Below are positions 13,751 through 24,400 of a stretch of 64,000 nucleotides of DNA, piece after piece (positions within the stretch are counted from its first letter, which is position 1; each line of letters starts with the position of its first letter). The position numbers were made by a program, and so were the translations under genes. This DNA is from Torpedo marmorata. Taxonomy: Eukaryota. The notes below the pieces were generated by a model. That model ran no database searches and was not told the origin of the DNA. It was given only the letters and a program-made list of their open reading frames with translations. The stretch lies in contig OZ360227.1 in the NCBI GenBank assembly GCA_977017645.1, positions 40,114,001 through 40,178,000 on the forward strand, given 5' to 3'.

Positions 13751-14493
13751 ATGTCTTGTTGTTTTCAATTAAAATGTCAATGAAAATTTGTTGCAGTCGG
13801 GTTTTTTTTTGGTTTTTCAGGGGTCGACTTATACGCCGAATCGTGTTTTCAGGGGTCGACTTATACGCCGGATCGGCGTGAACTCGATTTTGAGCTGAAT
13901 TTAAGGTCTCAAAAGTATATCCGGCGTATAAGTCGACCCCCGTTTTTTGAGACATTTTTGAGGGTTTCAAGGGTCGACTTATACGCCGAAATATACGGTA
14001 GTTGGTGTGGGAAAATGTCCCCAAATTATGATTGTTAGTACAGTAAAACCCCTGGCCGGATTGCAGATGCCAGACATGCAAATTTTCCGGTCGCCTGAGA
14101 CTTGCTCTTACCATACCTAACTACAGTACATTCTGGCGTATAGGACGATCCTCGAAACTTAAAAATTTCACCTTAAAATCAGAGTCGTCCTATATGGGTC
14201 TAAAATCCGAACCTTGACTGCGAAGTCTCAACACCGCTGCCATCTTCCCACTGGCTCTGATGCAATCTTGCATATGCCCTGTTAGTTATCAGCCAAGTCT
14301 CGGCGCTCCCCCGTGGGGTCCATCCGCCCAGTCCCACTGTTATCGGCTATGTACAGGCTTTAAACGGCCTGTTACAGGAGCCGACGGTGGTTTATTTTAA
14401 AACATGCAAATAAAATAAAAACCTTTACATGGTAATTTGTTATTAAAATATTGTGATTTGCTTTTAACTGCATCACTGGTCAGCTGTAAGTAG

Positions 14494-14740
14494 GAAAACA
14501 TGAAAGTCTGCAGACACCGTGGTTGAAGTAAAAACACAATGCTGGAAAAACTCAGCAGGTCAAACAGTATACTTTATATAGCAAAGATAAAGACACATAA
14601 CCAACGTTTCGGGCTCGAGCCCTTCATCAAGGTATTGAAAAATGTTGGCAGGTGTCTGAACAAAAAGGTAAGGGGGATGGGGGGAGGAACATGGCCCCAA
14701 AGGCAGGAGGTAATAGGTGAAGTGAGGGAGGGCACAGAAC
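14494..14740 (-). mobile_element. Penelope-derived terminal fragment with hammerhead motif
   Basis: Reverse complement matches 1560-1712 and 46150-46337. Similar fragments at ~6440-6560, 37105-37341 (tandem) and 38725-38840. Confidence 0.8.
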
Positions 14741-15314
14741 CACTGTTGCTATTACTTTGTCAGTCTGGCTCCTATAGTATTCACCCTACCTTTTAGACTT
14801 CCAACATCTTCATTTAAAAAAAAAAAAAAAAAAAAAAAAATTCACCCTACAGTTTATTCATACATAACTGTCATGTACAACTTGTATCTAACTGTTGATG
14901 GATGTTTGTTAGCTCAAGTTGAAATTGTCATCATTTCTACAATCAAAAAATTGTTACAATTACAGTAACAACACTGCTGGAATATTGGTAATATTGACCA
15001 ATTTATGAATATAATTTTGTTTGGAAAAGGTGGTCTCACACATTTTTCTCTTGTGTTTTGGCAATATAATGGATGAAAGAAAGAATACTTGGATTTGTTC
15101 TGTTGTTGGAAAGTTTCAAGATGTGAAGGCATGTCTGAGCAAATATAATTTGTGTTGTTTATTACAAGAGGAGATTGCTGCATCCCACAAATATGTTGGT
15201 GTACTCATAACTGCTGTGGAATAATGGCTGGGAGTCAAAGGAGTGTTCAGTCGCTTTCTTTAACTGGGGATGGATGGAACTGTTTAATCCAGCATAGTTT
15301 GAACATGTAAGAAA

Positions 15315-15600
15315 GGGTGGCACGGTTGGCGTAGCGGTTAGCGCAACGCTTTTACAGCGCCAGCGATCGGGACTGGACCTGGGTTCGGATCCAGCGCTGT
15401 CTGGAAGGAGTTTGTACGTTCTCCCAGTGTCTGCGTGGGTTTTCTCCAGGGGCTCCTGTTTCCTCCCACCCTTCAAAAACGTACCGGGGTGTAGGTTAAT
15501 GGGGTGTAAAATGTGCAGCTCGGACTCGTAGGGCCGAATTGGCCTGTTACAGTGCTGTATGTCTAATTTAACTTTTTAAAATTTAATTTAATTTAAAAAA
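15315..15600 (+). mobile_element. tRNA-derived V-SINE-type element
   Basis: Head with A/B boxes (TGGCGTAGCGG, GGTTCGGATCC), V-domain-like core GAGTTTGTACGTTCTCCC..GTCTGCGTGGGTTTTCTCC, CR1-like tail GGCCTGTTAC.GTGCTGTATGTCT + (TAAATT)n. Further copies at 52624-52858, 63361-63630, 63686-63770 and 38895-38963(-). Confidence 0.85.
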
Positions 15601-16040
15601 AAGTATGTCACAGGGGGGAAAAAAAACTTTTATTCACAATCTGTAACCTGGATTATTATTGTTGAAATTCTGAATTAAAGTACATCTCTTTGAAGATAAT
15701 GACAATTGGTGATGGATAACTTCTCTAAATTGGAAAGTGGCATGTGAATGAATTTATTATGTGTGAAGGATAGAAGCTATTCTACAGTGGTATTGAGCTT
15801 GGTTACACAGCAGCTAGAGTACTGCATTTAGTTCTGTGTAGTGTACTTCAAAAGCATATACTGTATTGATCTTGGACAGGTTGAAAGGCAGTGATACTGA
15901 AGATAAAAGGTTAAAATTTCGCAAGCTAGTTTTTATTCCCTTGATTGTAGTAAGTAATGGGATGATTTTAAGTGAGGTATTCAAGATAATTAAAGGATTT
16001 GATAGGGTGGTTGCAAAGAAACTATTTTATCTTGTTGAGG

Positions 16041-16144
16041 GACAAAATGAAATTGCTGCATCATTGATCCAGCTACAATCTCTTTCTTGGGCAAAGAAGA
16101 AAGAGACGGTAGCTGGATTAATGATGCAGCAATTTCATTTTGTC
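16041..16144. repeat. 48-bp inverted repeat with 8-nt loop (3 mismatches)
   Basis: 16041-16088 versus the reverse complement of 16097-16144, compared base by base. Confidence 0.95.
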
Positions 16145-16255
16145 TTCCCATGGGTGATAGTACGTTGTTCTGTTCACCGCCTCTTGTAACAGGTAATGTA
16201 TCTGGAAACCTCACTGGTGTAGGTTATCTCGTATTTCTGATGCTTGACTCGAATG

Positions 16256-17055
16256 ATGATAGAGATGATGGCGGCGCTGCCGGAGCCACTGCAACGGTAG
16301 CGCTGCCGCTGGTGCGGACCCGCGAGGAGCGGAGATACAGCGCTCCCGCGGGGTCCAACCACTCAGTCGACTGCCGTCAGCTCCGCACGGGCTTTGAACG
16401 GCCCGTTAAAGGAGCCGACGGTAGTTTTTATTTAAAATTCTGCACCCAAGATGGCAGCGCCTCTGATCGGCAGCAGCCACGAGGGGTTGCAGACTCCAGG
16501 GGAGCGAAGGACTGGCGCAGGGCACCAGAAAACGGGGAGACCATCCCCCGTCTGAGAAGGAGAAGCAGAGGAGACGACCCACAGGACAGTGACCACGGCG
16601 GCGGAACGGTGAGGGGCTCTGCGGCTGAAAGACCAATGCATGCGGCGGGCTGCTGGCGACTCGAGGCGAGGAACCCGCGGAGGCTGTGGGCTGCTGTCGG
16701 GAGACTTGCACCGGGCTGCGGACTGCTGGAGACTGGCTCGAACTGGCTGAAGGGTAACCAGGTATCGGAACCGGGATGCGAGGGGGTTCCGAAGGCGCTG
16801 AAGGGTTCCTGATTCGTGTCGGAGGTTCGGATCTGGAGCTCGGGTTGCCAATGGTTTGGACTGGACTCTGTGTGGCTGCGGGAGCGCTGGAGGCGAATCT
16901 ACGGACACTGGGTGACTCTTTTGCTTCTCTTTCTCTGACTGTAAGAGGCGCTTCAGGCAATTTCTGCCGATGGCGAATCTGTCTGCCTTACAGCAGGCAA
17001 AAGGAATTTTGTGTAATATGACACTGTTTTATTGCATGACAATAAATTGAATCTT
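16256..17055 (+). mobile_element. GC-rich non-autonomous retroelement with Rex1-like 3' tail, inserted in BEL copy B gag
   Basis: Ends GAATTTTGTG...ATGACAATAAA-TTGAATCTTGAAT like the Rex1 tails in this window. Flanked by GAATG (16251-55, 17056-60). BEL gag is collinear on both sides. Confidence 0.7.
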
Positions 17056-17430
17056 GAATGCCAAGGGAGCTGCAGCGTTTGACTGAACCCAAGCCGCAGC
17101 TTTGTCTGTGGATGTTACCACTGGTACATGTGTGACTTGATAACACCATGCTCTGGGAGGATTTGTCCTTGTATATGCATGTCTTGTACCCATGGTTCTA
17201 AAATATCTACCTTTTCGGCTGGTTTCCTTTCCTGTGGCTCTTTTTTAAAAATATGACTTCTTATCATCATATACTTTAGATAATTTACTCTGAACACCAG
17301 ATACCATTGAGCCTTCTAGTACCTCCATTCTGGCCATGGTAATAGCAATGGTTGCTTCCAGCTCCTGCTGCTCCTTTCTCTGCCTTAGCTGCTCCTTCTG
17401 TTCTTCTAAAACATGTTAATCCTTAAGCGA

Positions 17431-18698
17431 TTTTTTTTTTTTTTTTTATTTTTATTTTTTTTTTAATTAAATATTTTATTTAAATTTTTAAATCACACAT
17501 TACATAAAATAACTTGCATATAATTCTTAAGAAATACATGTGATTACATTTTCTCCCCCCCTCATCCCACCCTCCCCTCCCTAACCCCTATACCCCCCTA
17601 ATCTAATTAAAATATAAAATAATAATAATAGTAAAGGAAAAAGAGAAAAAAGAAGATAGAAAAATAGAGCGAGGAGTCAATAAACTTAAAAGAAAGAAAA
17701 AACTAATATATCTTAGAGGTTGTTTCGCCGGTAGGTCTAATATCCAGAGAATTCACAATGTTAAACCCATAATCCTCGTATATGGGCCCCAAATTTTCAA
17801 AAAAGAATGATATTTATTTCGTAAATTATAAGTAATTTTTTCCAATGGTATACATGACCGTAACTCTGCATGCCATCGTTCTAAATTTAAATCAACATCC
17901 GATTTCCAAGTAATAGCTATACATTTTTTTGAAATTGCTAATATTATACGTAAAAATTCTACTTGATACATATTCAATTTATGTCTAATACTAAATTTTT
18001 TAATATCTCCAAATAAAAACAACATAGGATCCATTGCAATTTCAACATTAAAAATTCTTTCTAAAAAATTCTTAACTTTCAACCAAAAATCTTGAATCTT
18101 TGAACATAACCATGTACAATGTACAAAGGATCCTATTTCAGTTTTACATCTAAAACATGTATCTGATAACGCTGGGTTAAATTTCTTCAATTTTCTAGGT
18201 GTCAAATACAATTGATGAAAAAAATTATATTGTACTAATCTATATCTCACATTAATAACTTTTGTCATACTTAGTTTACATAAATCTTTCCAATGTTTCT
18301 CATCTATATTAACATTCAAATCTAATTCCCATTTCAGTCTAGACTTATGTTCTCCTACCTTAGACATCTTTCTTTGAAACAACTTATACATTTGTGATAT
18401 AAATTTATTAACATTAACTTTGGTAATTAATAACTCCAATTCACTTTGTCTTGATACTATTAATTCATTCCCTAATCTTCCAATCAAAAAAGCTCTAACT
18501 TGAAAATAAACTAACATTGTATTATCTAATATATTAAATTTTTCCTTTAACCTCTGAAAGGTAACAAATTTACCTGCTTCAAAACAATCTTTTAATGTCT
18601 TAACTCCCTTTAAAAACCATAACTTAAGTAATTGATTATCCATAGAAAATGGTAAAAGTGGATTCTGATATATTGGTGTATTTAAAGAAATTAATCGA
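17431..18698 (-). mobile_element. 5'-truncated L1-clade LINE (ORF2 C-terminus, 3'UTR, polyA) with target-site duplication
   Basis: ORF 17753-18643: LVQYNFFHQLYLTP..CFRCKTEIGSFVHCTWLC (CCHC knuckle)..LEKITY..FLKIW. PolyT at 17431-47. TTAAGCGA+T-run is duplicated at 17423 and 18699. Confidence 0.92.
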
Positions 18699-18704
18699 TT
18701 AAGC

Positions 18705-18759
<55 letters not shown>

Positions 18760-19820
18760 TCGTGCAAGAAGAGCGGCCATTTCAGCTTTAATCATTGAAC
18801 GTGTTGATGCAGAACTTGAAGTATGAAAAACTCTGGAGCTTAAACCAGAAGACCTTGTTTGCTTCTCTTGCTTTCAACATTTGACACACTGTCACTTGAT
18901 TGTATTTCGTCCTGCAGGTCAGATGTTGTCTTCTTACTTACCTCTTTCTCCAATTGGAATTGTACATCCTTTGCATCTTCATCCTCTTCATTTTCTTCAT
19001 CACCATTTGGTGACACATCTTCAGCCATTTCCACGTAGCTGTCTTCATGTTCAGTTGTTGTCTTCTGCAATGGTTTTGCAATGTTTTCATTCCCATCAAC
19101 CGAAGCCGTGGCTTCTTCCACTGTCAGCTTCAGTCTTGCAATGAGAACCTTTTTAACACCACTTGTATCTAGTTTCCGTCACCTCAATTCTTCTTTGAGA
19201 TGCACAACCTTCATGTCTTCAATACGTTGCTCCTTAACAGCAAAGTCAGCGGCAGCTGCGGCCATTTTACTCGTCTTGTTCCACCGTCCGTCGAGCATGC
19301 ACAACATAAGCCACCGAATTTCATGACTTGTTCATGACAGTAAATTCTGATTCTGAAATCAACAGTCCCCAATGGACTAGCGGCAGCAAAATCCAAACTG
19401 TGTTCAAACTTGTCACAAATACACAGGAGTCCACAGACGTAAGCCTACCGCTTCTGATGGCTGTAATGTGCTGTTATTAACAAACGAGTTTCCACGGCAG
19501 CATCGGTAAATAATATTGCTGATTTTCAAGAAATGGCTCAACCAACATGTTTATAGGACACTTTACTATAAGATTAGAAGCTATGAATCCCTCTCTGGCC
19601 TACTCATGGCAGATGGATGTGGATTACAAACTGCCCCTAACTCGAGGCATTTCCAAGATGGCCATCATATTAATTTCAATATCAATCCAAAGCACAGAGA
19701 GATTATTTTCTATCTTCTATCCTTCAATTTTCTGTTCCAAACAATAATTTTTCGTTGACTAATAAATAGTCACTTGGAGGCTAGGTGAGACACTTGTTCG
19801 TGACGCGTTTCAATTAATTT

Positions 19821-20226
19821 ACTCCGTGGATTGACACCTTGTCGTGGTGGAGAAGCTTGTGTGGTCCTGTGATCCCGAGAGTGATGCCGTCTGGAGCTAT
19901 GCTCCTGGTAGGGCCACCCATGGCGGTAAGGTCGAGGGTGAGGTCCCTGACAAAGAACAATCCAACCAAGTCCTCAATGATGGAACAGGTGGACGAAGTT
20001 ACTCTAAACTCAACGGCTGTGAAGGCGGATGAAGGCTGCAACAAATCCATCAGCTCCAATCGTCGTGGTTTTCATGCCATTGGAATTAGTTGGTTGATTT
20101 GTGAAGTATCGTGTGCTTCTTGGAGTGCAACATCAAGTACACATTAAACAAATACACGCACAGGCGTCTTCGCTCTGTGGATCAATGGAACGAAGGCCAT
20201 CATCCTCGACTACGAGGGATAGCCAA
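19821..20226 (+). mobile_element. RTE-clade-derived non-autonomous element (RTE 5'UTR + short 3' end) inside BEL LTR
   Basis: ACCTTGTCGTGGTGGAGAAGCTTG...GCTCCTGGTAGGGCCACCCATGGCGGTAAGGTC resembles the conserved Rex3/Expander/Bov-A 5' domain. The end CCATCATCCTCGACTACGAGGGATAGCC resembles an RTE 3' stem-loop. Confidence 0.65.
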
Positions 20227-20367
20227 GTCCAATAGGTTCAAAAGGTTTATTAACACATGATGACTTGTAGCAATCTACAATAACATAACGATCTTCTTTA
20301 AGTTCCATAAATAGCTTAACGTAACATAACGTCCGTAAAAACGATCCTCAATAATGAAATAGGAACG

Positions 20368-20437
20368 TGGCTCCCTGATGGGGGAATTGAACCCTGGTCT
20401 CCCACGTGATAGGCGGGGATACTAACCACTATACTAA
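20368..20437 (-). pseudogene. tRNA-Asp-derived sequence with encoded 3' CCA (anticodon mutated GTC>ATC), interrupted at its 5' end by a SINE
   Basis: rc reads TTAGTATAGTGGTTAGTATCCCCGCCTATCACGTGGGAGACCAGGGTTCAATTCCCCCATCAGGGAG-CCA, collinear with vertebrate tRNA-Asp(GUC). Confidence 0.88.
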
Positions 20438-20656
20438 TAGCCTGAACACAACTGGGATTGTCTGATTTCGGAAGCTAAGCAGGCACAGGACTGGTCAGTA
20501 CTTGGAGGGGAGACTGCCTAGGAACACCAGGTGCTGTACGTTTCTGTGAGGGGTGCTGGACAAAGTAGTGACTCTGCCTTACGATAGACAAAAATTAAAG
20601 AATTTCATGTGTGTTACATTCTAAATGTAGTATTACGTGACAATAATGGAACCTTT
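20438..20656 (+). mobile_element. 5S rRNA-derived SINE (SINE3-type), 13-bp TSD
   Basis: GTCTGATTTCGGAAGCTAAGCAGG..CTGGTCAGTACTTGGAGGGGAGACTGCCTAGGAACACCAGGTGCTGTA is 5S-like (A, IE, C boxes). Flanks are ACCACTATACTAA (20425-37) and ACCATTATACTAA (20657-69). Confidence 0.9.
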
Positions 20657-21494
20657 ACCATTATACTAACGCTCGCTATATACAATATACGAATGCACTG
20701 CGCATGCTCCAACTGGCACTCGCACATGCACACTACAACAAAGATGGCCTTCTAAACTCCGGGACGCCGACTAAACAAGGTAAGTAAACAAATTACACAT
20801 TTTGGCTCCTACACAGTGTCTGCAGACTTTTGTGTTTAACTCAGTTGGTATTCTAAAACAAGTGATGGTAACTACCACTAATAAGAGGTAATTGCAGAGA
20901 TGCTATCAGAACAACGATGAATCATTAAAAGGTAGGGTGGGAGTGGAATATGCAGATTTAATGATTGAAACTCAGAGGAAAGCTGTAGTTAATTGTTGAG
21001 TACTTCTTCTACCCCATTATGCAAATAAATGTTTCTTAACACTTCCTTCCCATCATCTAGACCCCCTTGTGTCCACTTGTCTATCCTCCCTGATCTTTCT
21101 CGTCCTCCCAAAATGGCTTTGCTTTAGTCTTGATTGGAGGAAAATGCAGACTCATCTTCCTTGTACTCTCGGAGAACTGAGCATCATGACTAATTTTTGC
21201 CTGCCTCTTGCCTCATTCTTTCAACCTCCCTTTTCTCCCCCACCCACCCCACCACTGCCTTGCAGCCATGTAATCTGCAAGGTGGTCTGGGGTGAACACC
21301 AAACTTTAGAACATAAGCAGGAATGGGAAATGTGTCTTAAACATGCTAAAACTGGAAACTATATTGATATAACTCTTGGTTAAAGTAGTTAAATACAAGT
21401 TTAACTATTATTGTGAAAACTACCTGAGCCAGAACTTGCCAAATAAAAAAAAAAATTAAAAAAAAGTTCTATTAATGTTCCAGTGAATGGCATT

Positions 21495-24400
21495 TTGAGC
21501 GAGAGAGTGCAAGAGCGGGCTGCTTTAATTAGGTGAGTGGTATAAGCGGAGTGGCCATCTGTGAGTGGACCAGAGTTAGAGTGGGGCGTTGAGGCTTTGG
21601 CTCAAGAGGCTTTGGTGAGAAGAGGGGAAGACTAAGGTAAAACTCTGGTGAGAGGTTATTATTAATTATTCTTTGACCTTCTGAGTGCCAAGGTAGAGTA
21701 GTTAGAATGGCAGCGGGGAGAGTGGAGTGTTCGTCGTGTGAGATGTGGGAATTCTAGGAGACTTGCCATCTCTCTGATAGCTACATCTGCACAAAGTGCA
21801 TCGAGATGCAGCTCCTTACAGACCGTGTTAGGGATCTGGAGCTGCAGCTCGATGACTTCAGCTCATACGGGAAAACGAGGAGTTTATATAGAGAGGAGCG
21901 ACAGAGAGGTAGTCACACCAAAGCTGCAGGAAGCTGTGTGACTGTCAGGAGAGGGATAGGAAAGGCAGTTAGTGCAGGGTACCCCTCAATAATAAGTATA
22001 CTGCTTTGGATACTGTTGGGGGGTGTGACCTACCAATGCAAAGCTGCAGTGACTGGGTCTCTTGCACTGAGCCTGGCCCTGTGGCTCAGAAGGGAATGAG
22101 GGAGAAAAAGAGAGCAGTCGTGATAGGGGATTCAATAGTTATAGGGACAGACAGGAGATTCTATGGACACGAAAGAGACACCCTGATGGTTTGTTGCCTC
22201 CTAGGTGCCAGGGTCAGGGACGTCTCTGATCGGGTCCATAGAATCCTGAAAAAGGAGGGTGAGCACCCAGAAGTCATGGTACATATTGGTCTCAATGACA
22301 TAGGTAGGAAAAGAGATGTCCTGAAGAGAGAATACGGGGAGCTAGGTGGGAAGCTGAAAGTCAGGACCTCAAGGGTAGTAATCACAGGATTGCTGCCTGT
22401 GACATGCGCCAGTGAGGATAAGAATAGGATTAGATGGCAGATGAAAGTGTGGCTGAAGAATTGATTCACGGGGCGGGAGTTCAGATTTCTGGATTATTGG
22501 GATCTCTTCTGGGGAAGGTATGATCCATACAAAAAGGATAGGTTACACCTGAACTGGAAGGGGACCAATATCCAGGCGGAGAGGTTTGCTCGAGCTGTTG
22601 GGGAGGATTTAAACTAGTTTGGCAGGGGAATGGGAAACTGAATGATAGGGCAGAGAATAGAGCAGATGGTAGAAAGGTTGATGCAATGTGTAGTGATATG
22701 GTGAGAAAGGACTGGCAGTGGAAGGAGCTTACACAAGGATAGGATTGGCTGATGTAGGTACCTGAGTTTAGATGTTTCAAAAGGGATAGGAAGGGGGGTA
22801 AAAGAGGGAGGGGGGAGGGGAGTAGCATGACTAATCAGGGATAGTATCACAGCTGCAGAAAGGGAGGACATTGTGGAGGGATTGTCTACTAAGTCAGTGT
22901 GGGTGGAAGTCAGAAGCAGGAAGGCTATTGGGAGTAGTCTATAGGCCCCCAAATAGCCCTCAGAGCATTGAGGAGCAGATAAGTAGGCAGATTGTGGAAT
23001 GGTGGAAAAATAACAGGCTTGTTGTTATGGGAGTCTTCAACTTCCCTGATATTGACTGGGACCTCCTTACTGCAAGAGGGATAGATGGGGCAGAATTTGT
23101 CAGGGGTGTCCAAGAAGGCTTCCTGACACACTATGTGGACCAGCCGACTGGAGGAGAGGCCAGACTGGATCTAGCACTGGGCAATTAACCTGGTCAGGTG
23201 ACAGACCTCTCGGTGGGGAAGTATTTTGGTGACAGTGACCACAACTCCCTGACCTTTAGCATAGCTATGGATAAGGATGGGAGTAGACAAAATGGTAAAG
23301 TGTTTAATTGGGGAAGGGATTACGATGGGATTAGGCGGGAACTGGGGAGAGTAAATTGGGAACCGATGTTCTCGGGGGGGGGGGGGGAAGCTCATGTTTA
23401 GGGACCACTTGCATGGGGTTCTGGATAGGTTTGTCCCATTGAGACAAGGAAAAGATGATTGGATAAGGGAACCGTGGTTGACAAAAGAGGTGAGGCAGCT
23501 AGTTAAGAGAAAGAAGGAAGCATACATAAGGTTTAGGAAGCAAAAGACAGGAAGGGCTCATGAAAATTATATGGTAGCCATGAAGGAACTGAAGAAAGGA
23601 CTTGGGAGAGCGAGAAGGGGACATGAGAAGGCCTTGGCAACTAGGATTAAGGAAAACTCAAAGGCATTCTATGCATAAGTAAAGAAAAGAAGGATGACTA
23701 GAGTGAAAGTAGGGCTGCTTAAGGATAAAGGAAGCAACGTGCTTGGAGGCAGAGGAGGTCCTAAATGAATACTTTGCTTCCGTGTTCACCAGAGAGAGGG
23801 ACCTTGGACAATGTGAGGTCAGTATAGAACAAGCTTATGTGCTGGAGCAAGTTGAGGTTAGGAAAGAGATCGTGCAGGATTTTCTTAAAATCATTAGGCT
23901 TGATAAGTCCCCGGGACCAGTTGAGATATACCCCTGGTTACGACAGGAAGCGAGGGATTAGATTACTGGGGCGTTGCCAATGATCTTTGCATCCTCCCTG
24001 GCCAGAGGGGAGGTAACAGAGGATTGGAGAATGGCAAATGTAGTCCCCTTGTTTAAAAAATGTAATAGGGAGAATCCTGGGAATTACAGACCTGTGAGTC
24101 TTGCATCAGTGGTGTGCAAACTATTGAAGAGGATTCTTAAGGACAGGATTTGCGAGCATTTAGAGAAGCATTGTCTGCTCAGGAATAGTCAGCATAGCTT
24201 TGTGAAGGGCAGGCAAGTTGTGCCTCATGAGCCTAATTGAGTTTTTTGAGGTAGTAACAAAATAAATTGATGACGGTAGGGCGGTAGATGTGGTGTGTAT
24301 GGATTTTAGTAAGGTATTTGACAAGGTCCCCCATGATAGACATTCAGAAACTCGAGGCATGGGATCCATGGAATCTTAACTTTGTGGATTCAGAAATGGG

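Larger units (their letters stand above)
12099..13998 (+). mobile_element. Full-length pogo-superfamily (POGK/Passer-like, DD35D) DNA transposon
   Basis: TA duplication at 12097-98 and 13999-14000. Perfect 27-bp TIRs CCGTATATTTCGGCGTATAAGTCGACC. Many subterminal CGGCGTATAAGTCGACC repeats. Confidence 0.95.
16077..20813 (-). mobile_element. BEL/Pao LTR retrotransposon copy B (5' LTR + SAP-gag, truncated; host to several nested insertions)
   Basis: LTR starts TGTAGGAGCCAAA (rc of 20801-20813), like copy A. The leader is homologous to 25090-25335. Gag from 19265: MAAAAADFAVKEQRIEDMKVVHLKEELR*RKLDTSGVKKVLIARLKL..DEIQSSDSVSNV, continuing to RQNEIAASLIQLPSLSSLPKKEI at ~16077. Confidence 0.85.

Noticed and set aside
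15315-15400. tRNA genes at the heads of 15315, 52624 and 63361
   Set aside because: They have A/B boxes but no proper cloverleaf, and are contiguous with the V-SINE core and LINE tail.
16087-16812. 241-aa ORF
   Set aside because: It crosses the hairpin, antisense BEL gag and a GC-rich non-coding insert, and has no coherent protein features.
20438-20545. Genuine 5S rRNA gene (also 47812-47915)
   Set aside because: It is 5'-truncated and diverged, followed by a shared SINE body and tail, and flanked by a TSD.
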